Position numbers and translations under genes: made by a program. The notes under the pieces were generated by a model. That model was not told the origin of the DNA. It made no database searches and saw nothing but the letters and a program-made list of their open reading frames with translations. 64,000 nt of DNA from Marsupella aquatica (lineage: Eukaryota > Plantae > Marchantiophyta), in the NCBI GenBank assembly GCA_973895155.1, contig OZ316894.1, positions 14,808,599 to 14,872,598 of the forward strand. Reading direction: 5' to 3'. Positions 50,333-63,736 of this stretch are shown here, in pieces; positions within the stretch are counted from its first letter, which is position 1; each line of letters opens with the position of its first letter.

Positions 50333-53127
50333 ACCACTGCAGAACATGTAGTTTGAGGGTTTTGGGCACTTGTCACTTGAAATACCACCATGTTTTGAGT
50401 TGGGAAAGTTATGTGTTTGAACTTCCAATCAAGTGCATTGGTAAATACCAGCGCAACCACTTAACATAAGGTCCTTTCGGGCTCTCATCTTCTTGCAACT
50501 ACAAACTGCATCCATATTTGAGTGATACAACACACATTGGTGCGATCATTTGCCATGAACTAGTGCTAAAAGGAGTGAATTGTGTGGATGCATCAAATAA
50601 GCCTCATATTTGTAATTCTGTAGAGTCTTGGAGTGATTTGTGTGGAGTTCATGATGTTGCATCACTTGGGTGCCTCAAATATCTCCACCTTGGCAATTTA
50701 TGCATCACAATCTCATTGTCGTTGCTATAACTAGTTGGCACACGTGATGGGGCTGTCCCATGGGTTCACCATGGGGGAGCTAACACGGAGGAATTGTGGT
50801 GGCGGCGGGCCCAGCCCTCCTCCTTTAATCGTGACCCTGCGAGAATTGCGGCAAGGTGGATCCACTTCTCATTATCCATTGTAAGTCTGTCACTCCGGAA
50901 ACCACTCGAAACAATGTGCTTTAAAGCTCTCATTTCTAGCGACTAACATTGTCACTCAAGCTGGGGTGGTACATCACGCATCCTTCTAAACAACTTCTCA
51001 TGAAGTGGTAGTCCTAGGATGATTGGGGGGCAAACCACTACAAATGAGGTGGTTTTAGGGTTTAGGGCAAATGCAACTTAAAATACCACCTTTATTTGAG
51101 TTGAGAAATAAATTGGGTGCAAACACTTGCAATGAAGTGTATTTATATGTACACGCCCAATTGATTTGAAAAAAGGTCCTTTCAGGCCCTCGCCTTTTGG
51201 CGACTACAAATTGCACCCATATTTGAGTGATGCAGCACACTTTAGTGTGATCCCAAACCATGAACTAGTGCTAAGAGGAGTGAATTGTGTGGATGCATCA
51301 AATAAGCCCCATATTTGTAATTCCGTAGAGTCTTGGAGTGATTTGTGTGGAGTTCATGCTGTTGCATCACTTGGGTGCCTCAAATCTCTCCACCTTGGCA
51401 ATTTATGCGTCACAATCTCATTGTCGTTGTTATAACTAGTTGGCACACGTGATGGGGGTGTCCCATGGGTTCATCATGGGGGGGCTAACACAGAGGAATT
51501 TGTATGGCGGCGGCCCAACCCTCCTCCTTTAATTGTGGCCCTCCGAGAATGCCCGCAAGGTGGATCCACTTCTCATTATCCATTGTAAGTTTGTCACTCC
51601 CCAAATCACTAAAAACTATGTTCTTCAAAGCCCTCATTTCTAGCAACTAATACTATCACTCAAGCTGGGGTGGTACATCACGCATTCCTCCAAATAACTT
51701 CTCTTGAAGTGGTAGTCCAAGGGTGATTGTTGTTCCCCACTACAAATGAGGTGGTTTTAGGGTTTAGGGCAAATGCAACTTAAGATACCACCTTTATTTG
51801 AGTTGAGAAGTAAATTGGGTGCGAACACTTGCAATGAAGTGTATTTATATGTACACGCCCAATTGACTCGGAAAAATGTCCTTTGAGGCCCTCGCCTTTT
51901 GGCGACTACAAATTGCACCCATATTTGAGTGATGCAGCACACTTTAGTGTGATCCCAAACCATGAACTAGTGCTAAAAGGAGTGAATTGTGTGTCGCATC
52001 ACATAAGCCCCATATTTGTAATTCCGTAGAGTCTTGGAGTGATTTGTGTGGAGTTCATGCTGTTGCATCACTTGGGTGCCTCAAATCTCTCCACCTTGGC
52101 AATTTATGCGTCACAATCTCATTGTCGTTGTTATAACTAGTTGGCACACGTGATGGGGGTGTCCCATGGGTTCACCATGGGGGGGCTAACACAGAGGAAT
52201 TGTTATGGCGGCGGCCCAACCCTCCTCCTTTAATCGTGGCCCTCCGAGAATTGCCGCAAGGTGGATCCACTTCTCATTATCCATTGTAAGTTTGTCACTC
52301 CCCAAATCACTAAAAACTATGTTCTTCAAAGCCCTCATTTCTAGCAACTAATACTATCACTCAAGCTGGGGTGGTACATCACGCATTCCTCCAAATAACT
52401 TCTCTTGAAGCGGTAGTCCAAGGGTGATTGTTGTTCCCCACTACAAATGAGGTGGTTTTAGGGTTTAGGGCAAATGCAACTTAAGATACCACCTTTATTT
52501 GAGTTGAGAAGTAAATTGGGTGCGAACACTTGCAATGAAGTGTATTTATATGTACACGCCCAATTGACTCGGAAAAATGTCCTTTGAGGCCCTCGCCTTT
52601 TGGCGACTACAAATTGCACCCGTATTTGAGTGATGCAGCACACTTTAGTGTGATCCCAAACCATGAACTAGTGCTAAAAGGAGTGAATTGTGTGTCGCAT
52701 CACATAAGCCCCATATTTGTAATTCCGTAGAGTCTTGGAGTGATTTGTGTGGAGTTCATGATGTTCCATCACTTGTGTGCCTCAAATCTCTCCACCTTGG
52801 CATTTTGTCACAAACCTCATTGTCGTTGCTATAACTAGTTGGCACACGTGATGGGGGTGTCCCACGGCTTCACCATGGGGGGGCTAACATAGAGGAATTG
52901 TTATGGCGGCGGGCCCAACCCTCCTCCTTTAATTGTGGCCCTCCGAGAATTGTTGCAAGGTGAATCACTTCCCCGTCCACTTCTTATTATCCTTTGTAAG
53001 TTTGTCACTCCCGAAACCACTCAAAACAATGTGCTTCGAAGCCCTCATTTTTAGCGACTAACATTGTCACTCAGGCTGGGGTGGTACATCATGCATCCTT
53101 CTAAACAACTTCTCATGAAGTGGTGGT
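50333..53127. repeat. About 701-bp tandem repeat, 4 units
   Basis: Homologous landmarks at 51055, 51757, 52458; units carry TTTAGGG-like, CACGTG and CCATGG-palindrome motifs. Confidence 0.95.
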
Positions 53128-56100
53128 CGCTACTACCATCACCTAGTCAGTAGTGATAAATGACATAAATGTTGTAATTTACAAACAACTTACAATCAAG
53201 TAAGGGATGGAGAGCTTGTAAATCCCACTACAAGTGATGTAGTATCGGACTCTCACCAAAGTGCAGCAACTATGTCACCAACATTTGAGTGATACATTGC
53301 TTAAACCACTTGCCACCAGGTAGTGGGTTCGGAGGGGACTGGCAAAAGCACTTGGAATGTGGTGATTTTCCGAAGTGCGAGCCATTACATTGCCAAAGAA
53401 GTTTAGTGAATGGTGCCAAGGGTAATTAAAACATAGAGAAAATTAAAACAACATCCTGGCCGGAACATGGTTTAGGGTACATAGAAGCTTGGGGTTTCTA
53501 GACACTCAGCGTATCTCTCAATGCAAGGGAGTGTCATAGAAAATGTATTATTTTGTAGCACCACTAGCATATATTACTTCTAAAGCTTTGTATGATTTAC
53601 ACAATTTCAAGGAGTAAGGTATTAAAATTGGCAATAGACAAAAAGTGATTCACATAGGGTACTCTAGAAATGAAAATGTGGGTTTAATTAGGATAAATGG
53701 TTGGCATTAGGACCCGCATTAGGACTCACATGGATAATGTCATTTCTCACTTTAAAAAGCATTGCGAGAAATTAAATGTTTACTACCCAAGTAATTATAC
53801 CACCTAGGTAACATTGTTGGTGGCATATTGGAAGTTCTTCATTTTTTGCACCACTTTGAAAGAGCCAGGTAGTCACCACTTAGCACTTATTTGTAGGGGT
53901 TAGACAAGTGGCAACGTTGGGGTGAAACTACATTAAAAAAAACCTGGGGGGTGAGTGGGTTGGCTTTATAACATAAGGGATGGATGGGATGGCCTGGGGG
54001 CTTGGGGTGTAAATTCAGATGGCTAAGATCACCCTCATCCGATGGCTGAGATCACCCTAGGCGCTTCCATGTCAGAGTAAGTCTAGAGTACGGGTTCGCG
54101 CCAAACGGCTATTTGCACCCGCCTTACGTTGGATGAAGAGTTGCAGCGTTCCACTTTTCCGACAAAGTATCGAGGTGAAACGCTGAATGTTGTGGTTACT
54201 CTCTAGCACAAAGGGTTTAGGAGAAGAGAGCAAAGGGGTTTAGCAAGGACCTTGCACTGCTTTTTTTGCCTCCAGAGCTGTGGAGTTTAGGGCTGCGATC
54301 GCACCTCATGGATTGAGTTTGTGGAGTGCGAAGCTGCGGGAGTGAATGTGGGCACGGTGCACTGGAGTTAGTGCTGCAATCAAGGCTCGTGGCTTTTTTC
54401 TAAAGTGGAGTGCAGAGCTGCGCGGGGGAGCTACGGGAGTGCGAAGCTACGGGAGCACAGAGTTGTGGGAGTGCGCGAGTGCGGAGTGTGGGAGTGGCAA
54501 GAGCTGCAGAGCTACAGAGCCACAAACTGTGTTTGAGTGCAGAGCGATTGAGTGCGGAGCTGTGATTCAGCTGTAGCCTGTCGGAGTTCAAACAGAGTGC
54601 ATTTCCCCACTGGAAACGTCGAGGCTAATCGGGCATTGTCAGGTTTTGGTGCCAGAGTTGTGAAGGAGCAGGGTTTTCGGTACGTTGGACATTGGCGCCG
54701 CGTGGTGGGCACTGACTCTCCAAACTCCTTGTCAGCGGTATTGCGGAGCTGGGCAATCTGCAAGAAGGGAGACAGGCAAGCTGCAATAGTGGACGTCGAC
54801 CTACAATGCAGGTTGGAGTTTCTAATTAGTCACCATTGCTGGGATTTGAGCTCTCATTTGCTTTGGGCTATTTGTCAGAGTCGTAAATGGCTGAGCATCA
54901 TTCCACCAAGCTGATTTCCGTTGAGCTCATTTGTGGATAGTGGACCTATTGGTTCACATTGGAGTTGCAAAGGAGCTGGCCAGAGCAGCTCGGGCCGTCA
55001 CAGCTTGTCGGCAGCATAGGTCACAGCTCGGGGGAGGGTTGCCGGTCGGACCTTGGCGCTGCGTGGTGGACACTGGACCTGCCAAACTCCTTGTTGGCAG
55101 TTGTCAGCTTTCATCTGGCTCAACATACTCGCCACTCATTTGTTTGTCAGCTTCTTTCACTTCCCGGCCATGCCCTTGATTTCTTTCAGCTTTCCCAAAC
55201 AGAGCTTACTTGCTCTCTGCTCTCTGCTACAAGTCCGGGTCTGAAATCAGCTGTTTGTCTTGTTTGTTTTGTGCGAGGGCTTCCCAAATGTATTGTTGAG
55301 GCTGTATTGCAGATTAGACCATTACATTCTCGATCCAATAGACCCCTTTGAAGCAATCAATCTGAAGCAATCAATCTAAAACCTTCACAGTTTCTCTAGG
55401 AATTCTTGTCGTCTGCTCATCCTATGTGCTCATTCTCTCTCTTCCTCTCTCTGTTTTGTGCATTGCCTTGTTTGGCAGGGCGCCTATTGTGCTCTGCCTC
55501 GGATGTACCTGTACTGTCGTGGATGTGCTTGCAATATAGCAATAAATAACCTGCCCATGCTGATGATGCGCCTCCACAGACCCTTCCCTCCTTTTGTCTC
55601 TTGGAACACTATCGAATCATTGCTGGTCTGTAAGGCTTACTTCAGCATACTGGTCACATATTGCTTGCTGTTTGCTATAGATGAGTACATAATGGAAGAA
55701 TGAAATACTCTTTAGTCTTGTCATTTAATAGTCTTGTCCTCTCCACGTCCCGGGTTAACTGTTTAAATAGAGACTAATGGTTCACAGTTGAAATAGAGAC
55801 AAACTTGTTTTGTTGTAGAGAAGAAGCTCTTTACTTGCTATACTAGTAGCAGAGTTCTGTCTGTCTTGATCAATGCTACCTACTATCTGGCTTGCTGTCC
55901 GATTCAATACTCTGGTTGCGCTGACATACGTGTATCCGACTTTGTGGTAGCTCAAAGCCAGTGACGTTCACACTCTTGACCTTTGTCTGTTTTTGCTGGG
56001 GCAAGATTGCCGTAAAGTTGTTATTACTGGCTGAAAGGTTTACGTCTCCAAATTTACATTGAGGTTCTACATGTAACAAGTAGGCTACTGCCCCCCTTGG

Positions 56101-56707
56101 TCTTTTGTGGACAATGCTATTTTATTGGCGCTATCCTTGTCATTTGTGCTTTTTCTTGAGGGTTCTCTCATTGCCGCCAATTGGAACACCTCAAGACTTT
56201 TCTTACCAGCGAGGGCGTGAATCATGCACCATGCCAAGCCCCTGAAGTGAGATCTCACTTCATTGTCTCGTATTTCCGTGGATGTTTGTAAATTTTCATT
56301 TTTACTTTCTTGACGATCCTGTCATTTTGGTCAGGAGTGGTCACTCTGTTTCAAGGTCTGTTTTGAGTTTCTTCATCTTGTCTCGTGCTGTTGCTTCTCT
56401 TTCTATGAATCTTGGATCAATGCTACCTGCTCTCTAGGTCGGCCTCCTATTCTGTACTCTGGTATGGTTAATGGAGTCTTGTTTGTGTGCGCGGTAAATA
56501 GAATTACCAATTGTTGGCATTGGGAAAGTCTTGAGCCTGTCTAAGCTTGTCCTTTAAAACGTGAAGGGATTCATCCCTGTATATAAACTGAAATTCAGGG
56601 TCAGTCATGAAATCTCCAGTTTTTTAACCATGGTCTTATAGTTTCAGGAGCGAGTGGACCTGCTGTGGACGTGAGCAAAGCAGCACAGGACGTGATCAAG
56701 AATAGCT

Positions 56708-57160
56708 ATGGTGAGGACTCGCAGCGCTCATTCTCAGAGTCTTGCAGGCACCGCAGAGAGATTGCGTCTAGAGTTTGTCAGACGTGGCACATGGCCAGCC
56801 CACTCTACATGGTATTTTCGTTATCCAGTTGTAGTGCAGAATGACTACAGCCGGCCTCCACCTGTGGCATTACCCTTTCCCACATCCGTGGTGTATGTGT
56901 CACTTATTGGCAAAGTGCCACACGTCAAGGCCATCCTAGCGCATGGATGTATCCATTCTTGCCAGTATGACTGCGTTGCTTGTAGGGTGGTGAACCCAAC
57001 AACCCTGGTCGGTGCTGACAAAGCCGCTAAACAAAGTAGGAGGATATGCATCCTTTGGAACCACTTTGCATTGTTGAATGGTGTGGATAGTGATCTCGGG
57101 TGTCCTGCCCTGCCAAACCCCGCTATTGGGGGTTTCTCGGACACATCATGTTTGATTTGA
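56708..57160 (+). CDS. Unknown Cys/His-rich 150-aa protein, cargo copy B
   Basis: Intact ORF homologous to 43953-44402. Confidence 0.75.
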   Translation: MVRTRSAHSQSLAGTAERLRLEFVRRGTWPAHSTWYFRYPVVVQNDYSRPPPVALPFPTSVVYVSLIGKVPHVKAILAHGCIHSCQYDCVACRVVNPTTLVGADKAAKQSRRICILWNHFALLNGVDSDLGCPALPNPAIGGFSDTSCLI

Positions 57161-57918
57161 AGTTAGTTTACACCTGCAGGAATTCTAACACAGTACGCAC
57201 GTACCAAGATGCAATGAGATAAGGCATATTTTTGGATGAAATAGTAACTTAAACACTGAGAAATAACTTATGCTTTGACTTTTTCTATATATTCGTACAA
57301 TTTTGTATTGAGGGTTTGAACACCTCAGTGGAATTAAAGTTTTGAAGTACATTGCAAAACCCCTATCCACTAAGCACAACATTTTAATCTAAGATGTCAC
57401 CAGTCCACTCAACATCTCTGTTCAATGACTCTGTTCCAGAAGGCCCACAATCTATTGCTAAATGAAAGTTGAATCCAATAGTTAAAGTCTCTGTCAATGA
57501 CTCCCACTCCCCCCTGGCAGATATGCCTTATGGCTCTAGATCGGGTACAGTGAATGAAGAAAGTTGAAGAGTGTCCATGTAATGTTTGTCCATGCATAGT
57601 CCTTGCCAACTCAAACCAGTGCTCTGTGTAGTGGCTCCATTTAAATGATATTTTGTGTCACATTTGTGCTGTTGCAGATTATGAATCCTTGTTTTTACAT
57701 CTTGTGACGTGAGAGGGGATTGAGATCTACATCTGAAACCGATCAAGGCAATCTCCAAATTTCATTGCCTTCCTCTTGGTTGAGTACAATTGGTGAGTCC
57801 TCTACATTCTGGCCCCACATTGGATTGCAATATGCAAGTGGTAAGTACGTGTTTTATGACAGCCAATTTAACAGTTTAATAACTCTTCAAGTTTTCTTGT
57901 TCATGTCCAGTGGTCATA

Positions 57919-58571
57919 ATGGCTAGGACCAAGCATAAAGCCAGAAAGAATGATACTCGAACGAAAAAGGAGGAAGATGTGTTGATGATTGAATTGTGGT
58001 CAGACGTTGAGAAACGTCAGTGTAGTCCCCAGCTTTGTGGCATTTGTGACTGGCATGGAGATCTGGCCATGTGTGATGGGGCTTGCCATCGGCACTTCCA
58101 CCATGTTTCCAAAGTTGGTGAGGTTGTTGGCAGGTGCCCTGCTGTATTTATTGCACCAGGCAAGGATGATGATCCTTGGTATTGTCCAGAGTGTAAGGAT
58201 AAGACATACAGGTGTTTTCAGTGTGGCATTGTCTCTACTACTGCCAGGCAGTGCCCCCATCCATATTGTGTTCGTTTTTATTGTCATGGATGCTTGCCAC
58301 TTGATGTGGAGTCTTGCCCCATCCATACATGTGTTGCATGCCAGCAGGACCATGGTGACCCTCATCTGCCAGAGGCCGTGAGTGTTTGAGATATCCCAAA
58401 ACTTGGCATCGTACTTGCCTAGCCGAGAGTAAGCATCAAGGTTTTGCATCGGACAGAGTGCCCTGGCATCATACTGCACATGACCAGGGACGTTGGATGA
58501 TTTACTGTCCTGACCATCCTATTGACCCTGCTCTAGGCACAGCGGCTCATGATCACATCTCCTGGCTTTGA
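57919..58571 (+). pseudogene. EDM2-type PHD cassette copy B with an H3-tail-like N-terminus; frameshift near 58385
   Basis: MARTKHKARK start; CGICD..GDL..CDG.C.RHFH, CPIHTC..C, IYC.DH.ID..L.T...DHISWL. Confidence 0.8.
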
Positions 58572-59141
58572 TTCACCTGGTCCATTTTGGTTCAAATACA
58601 TCATTACTATTGTAGACATCGATACAGTTAGTTAATCAATGGAACAATGATGTTTTGTCATAATCACACATTTTGTGAACTGTGTGAATGGTTAGCACAA
58701 GCATGGAGACAGTGCTCCCGGTTTAATTGACTAAGGCTTCCTAAAACATCTAAAGTACTCAAACTTTATTTATTTGACATCTAAAGGACATTGTTTGATA
58801 TGCACTTTAGCATGCACGATCTGTTACGTCTCCAGTTCCGCAATTCTGAGCTTGGGGCGAAATTTCACTTCGAGTTGGAAGGGAAATTGGCTGCGGTTTA
58901 AGCTCAGACTTTGCCAGAGCATTGGAAACAGCGAGAATGTATCACTGGCAAAGTTAGAGCTGCAATCGACATCGTTTGGTATGCACTTTAGCATGCACGA
59001 TCTGCTACGTGTCCAGTTTTGGGATTCTGAGCTTGGGGCGAAATTTCACTTCGAGTTGGAAGGGCAATCGGCTGCGGTTTGAGCTCAGATTTTGGCAGAG
59101 TGTTGCAAACAGCGAGAGTGTATCACTGGCAAAGCTTTGTG

Positions 59142-59912
59142 ATGGCAACGGAGGAGATTGCCCATCTCAAGGCTTTGCTTGAGAAAATCTTAGTTGTGGC
59201 TGAAAACTCCGCAATTGAGATTACCACACTCAGCAAGGAGGTGACGGAGCTAAAGAATGAGAATGTCAAGCAAAAGAGGTTGATTAGTGATCTTCGATCT
59301 CAAACTCAGGAGAATGGTAAGCAACTCTCATTGCTTGCATCGTGTTTTGGAGACATGGAGAAGAGTATGTGCCCAGAGAAATCAGTGATACATGAGACTG
59401 TAGGGGAGATTGAGGAGAAGCTCAAAACCTTTGCATAGGCTGCAAAACAATCACATATGGAATTTGTCCAAGCCAAGGAGGAGGAGAGGAGAGCACTAGA
59501 GGAAGAACACAAGAACCAGCATGCAAGAGTCAGCAACTGCAAAATATCAGGCCTTGTTGAGGAGGAGAAGGAAGACACCAAGAAGGTAGCAATTTCATTC
59601 TTCCAATCTCAGATGAAAGTGCATGACCCTATCATTTTGCAAGCATATAGGATTGGGCAAAAGAAGGGGGACCTTCCACGTCCAATCTTGGTGAAGTTTG
59701 CAGCTGAATCCGAGAAAGCTAGAGTGATGGCTAACAGGAGCATGCTTAAAGGGCTAAGGATTTGGTTGGATGATGATCTGACTCCCACACAAGTCCAAGC
59801 AAGGAAAATTGAGCTTGAGAAGGTGAGGGTAGCCAAAGACCAAGGATTGGTAGCCTACTTGCGCAATGGACAAGCTGTTGTTACCAATAAGAAGAGAGTT
59901 GTTTCTAAATGA
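59142..59912 (+). pseudogene. LINE ORF1 with one CAG>TAG stop at 59436
   Basis: Same protein as 27548-28318 with the stop at a different codon. Confidence 0.85.
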
Positions 59913-59924
59913 TGGATTGGGACC

Positions 59925-62900
59925 TTGAGAGTCATGGCATGGAATGTTTCAGGACTTTCCATAGAAACAGCAATTGGAGGGGAACCTTTGTTTGAGAATT
60001 TTGACATCTTGCTTTTCACGGAGACTTGGGAATATGAGGGAAATGCTCTACCTAGCATTAAAGGCTTTACTTGCATACAATCCATCTTCAATGAGAAGAA
60101 GACCACACGGGGAAGAGGGTTTGGAGGCATTGCTGTCTACACCAAGAATCAACTTCAACACATCACCTCTATTGAACATGAAGATCCCAGCAAGCAGTTC
60201 ATGGTGGTGAGACTTCATACCAAAGGTACTCCATCATTTCTGATTGTCACCTACTTTGCTCCCCTTAATATGAATGTCTATAAGATGGGAATTGCTGATG
60301 CACATTATCCATTTCATAGGTTAATCCAAGTCATTCATGATATATCACCACTAGGGGAGACATGGATAGTGGGGGACTTTAATGCCAGGGTATCTAATGA
60401 ACAATTTACTGAAAGTGAGGACTTAGGAACTTTACCTTGGTCATCATGTAGTGAAGAGATACCTTGGGTGAGAGAGGCTCTTGACACCAGAACAAATGAC
60501 ATGACACGTCACTTTTTGCATTTGGGAGCTTCTTGTAATCTAAGAATATTGAATGGGCTTGAGAGATTTCCCCAATCATCTGGTTACACTTTTAGATCTA
60601 AACAAGGATGTAGTACCATTGATTACCTTCTTGCCTCACCTACCTCTGCCACTAGAGTGGTTGACTTTCAAATACTTGATCAACAACCAGAGTCTTCACA
60701 CTTGCCTTTGTTGTTCCATCTTGACCTGACCACAATCCCAAACAAAGTGCATAGAAAGCCAGTACCCAAACCTCTGTTTGTAGACCCTGATAGAGAAGTC
60801 ATCTTCAAAGCCAACTTTGAACATCTTCTCCATACCCTGGATGATCAGATTGAGCTCTCAGAAGTCATAGCACAAGCAGCAGCCTCTACTTTCTCCACCA
60901 AACCCCCTAGAAAGCAAAACATGAAGGCTTGGTTTGACGAGGATTGTGCTAGAGCAAGGATGCAAGCAAGATCACATTCAGGGGAAAAGAGACTTTTGGC
61001 ATTCACTATGTACAAGAACTTCATCAAACACAAGAAGAGGTGCTTCTTGAAAAGTCATCAACAATCACTATGTGAGGAGTTCATCAAACATCCAAAACGT
61101 TTTTGGGAGAGAATGCAATCAGGCAAGACTACTCCCCCCTTGGATCAAATCAATATTGAATGGGCTTGAGAGATTTCCCCAATCATCTGGTTACACTTTT
61201 AGATCTAAACAAGGATGTAGTACCATTGATTACCTTCTTGCCTCACCTACCTCTGCCACTAGAGTGGTTGATTTTCAAATACTTGATCAACAACCAGAGT
61301 CTTCACACTTGCCTTTGTTGTTCCATCTTGACCTGACCACAATCCCAAACAAAGTGCATAGAAAGCCAGTACCCAAACCTCTGTTTGTAGACCCTGATAG
61401 AGAAGTCATCTTCAAAGCCAACTTTGAACATCTTCTCCATACCCTGGATGATCAGATTGAGCTCTCAGAAGTCATAGTACAAGCAGCAGCCTCTACTTTC
61501 TCCACCAAACCCCCTAGAAAGCAAAACATGAAGGCTTGGTTTGACGAGGATTGTGCTAGAGCAAGGATGCAAGCAAGATCACATTCAGGGGAAAAGAGAC
61601 TTTTGGCATTCACTATGTACAAGAACTTCATCAAACACAAGAAGAGGTGCTTCTTGAAGAGTCATCAACAATCACTATGTGAGGAGTTCATCAAACATCC
61701 AAAACGTTTTTGGGAGAGAATGCAATCAGGCAAGACTACTCCCCCCTTGGATCACCAGGACCTGGTAACCTATGTCACATCCTTGTATTTCTTTCCAGAT
61801 GCTAGTGGCATGCCTTTGCCCCTTGGGGACACCATTCAGTTTACAGAGAGGGAGGTGAAGGTGCATCTTTCCCACATGCAACATGGGAAAGCTAAAGATC
61901 TGTTGGGCCTGAACTTGGAGCTTCTTTTGTGGGGAGGACCCTCTTTATTAACAAACTTGGTGCATGAGCTGAATCAAGCAATGGCTTTAGGTTTACCTAA
62001 AGCTTGGATGACCAGAAGAGTGGTGCCTATCTTCAAGGCAGGCAACAAGGACGATGTGCACAACTACAGAACCATCATGGTAGGCAATACTTTTGCTAAA
62101 GTTTTGGGAGGACTACTTGAAGCCAGATTAAGCTCTTGGTTGGAGAGTGAGATGAAAAGGGCACCTTCACAAGCAGGTTTTAGGAGAGAATTCAGCACTA
62201 TGGATCACATTCTCTGCTTGAGGGTGTTGTGTGAAAAGGCCAAATCTCCACATAAACCATTATTTTGCTTGTTTGTGGACTTCTCCAAGGCCTTTGACAA
62301 AGTTTCCCGATCCAAGCTTTGGGATAGGATGGTGGAGTTGGAAGTGCCTGAAGAGCTCAGGTTGGCTGTTTCTAAATTGTACCAAGAAGTGCGCATCAAA
62401 CTTTCAAAGGAAACCTCTGAAGAAATCTGGAGCACTCTTGGGGTGATCCAAGGTTGTCCTCTCTCACCAACTCTATTTGGCATCTTCATTGATCAGCTAC
62501 ACAACATTTTGGAGGAGCATGGTGGAGTTGGCACTCAATTGGGTAGGTTTGTCCTCCAACTTCTTATATTTGCAGATGATGTGGTCCTACTTGCTCATGC
62601 TCAAGAAGCTTTGCAAAGACATCTCAATGCCTTGGAGGAGTTTTGTCAAGCAACAGGGATGGTAGTCAACCTCAAGAAGACCAAGTGTTTGGGCATTGGC
62701 ACACGACAAAATCCAGAGCTCTACTTCCAAGGGAATCTGGTGGAATTTGTGAGGACCTACAAATACCTTGGGGTGGAGTTCTCTCAAAACTTGAGTTGGG
62801 CCTCATGTGTAAAATCTAGGGCTGCCAATGGGTACAGAGCTTTTTATGCATTCATGAACAAATGCAAAAGAGCTGGTCTACACACTTGGAGGTTAAGGAA

Positions 62901-63736
62901 ACATCTCTTTGGAGCTTTGGTGAAACCAGTCATTCTTTATGGAGCACCAATTTGGGGAGCAGGTGTGTCTAAATCTGGGTGGCAACAGATTGAGGGGCTG
63001 CAAAAGCTATTTCTTGAGATGGAGCTTGGGATCAAGTCACAAACCCCATATACACTTACACTTGCAGAGGCAGGCTTGTTTCCTTTGGAGGTGGAGGCAC
63101 TCTTCCACACACTCAAATACATCATGCGTGTAAGAGAGTTGGAGGAAAACAGATTTCCTTTTCATGCCTTGCGCTCATCTTCAGCTAAAGGGTGGTATGC
63201 AGATGTGTGCAGGTGGGCCCATGCTTGGGGATTTTCCTGAACATGAATGGCCAACACACCCAACCAAGCTAAGAGCAAAACTTGAGCAAAAGGCTTTGCA
63301 CAAACTTTGGCATGAACCTAGCCCACGGCAGCAATACTACATGAGAGATGTGAACCCCATGAAGAAATATCGAGAACAAGAATACTTATCTAGCACTATC
63401 TCAGTACAACTTAGACAACTTATTGCTCAGTATAGACTAAGCTCACACCACCTTGAAGTAGAACAAGGGAGATGGAAGGATATTGACAGGAAAAAGAGGG
63501 TTTGTCAACTATGTGATAGCTCTAGTATAGAGAATGAATATCATGTATTCATTGCTTGCAAGTTTTATGAGGGGGTTAGGATGGCATCTCAAATCTTGGT
63601 GAAAGATTTGTATGCATTGTTTGGTCTGCCCCCTCAACAACTTGGAAGATATATCTTTGCGGTGGATAGGGAAAGGAGAATAGGTTTGGAAAATCTTTCA
63701 GGGCTCTCTAGGTCCATAGTTTCTTTGAGGACATAG
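59925..63736 (+). pseudogene. LINE ORF2 (APE endonuclease, reverse transcriptase, C-terminal CCHC), disrupted by the duplication and a 1-bp G insertion near 63230
   Basis: NYRTI, QAGFR, FVDFSKAFD, GVIQGCPLSP, FADD, YKYLG; RLSSHHLEVEQGRW...CQLC...ENEYH...C typical of RTEX-like elements. Confidence 0.92.

Larger units (their letters stand above)
49302..58786 (+). mobile_element. Second CACTA/EnSpm-like element B nested in the transposase of A
   Basis: CCCACAAGAAGAAAA begins where transposase homology stops; many CACTACAA-type subterminal motifs in 49320-53900; same cargo order as A. Confidence 0.6.

Noticed and set aside
51050-52475. TTTAGGG motifs as interstitial telomere
   Set aside because: Only two units per site within a satellite; telobox-scale
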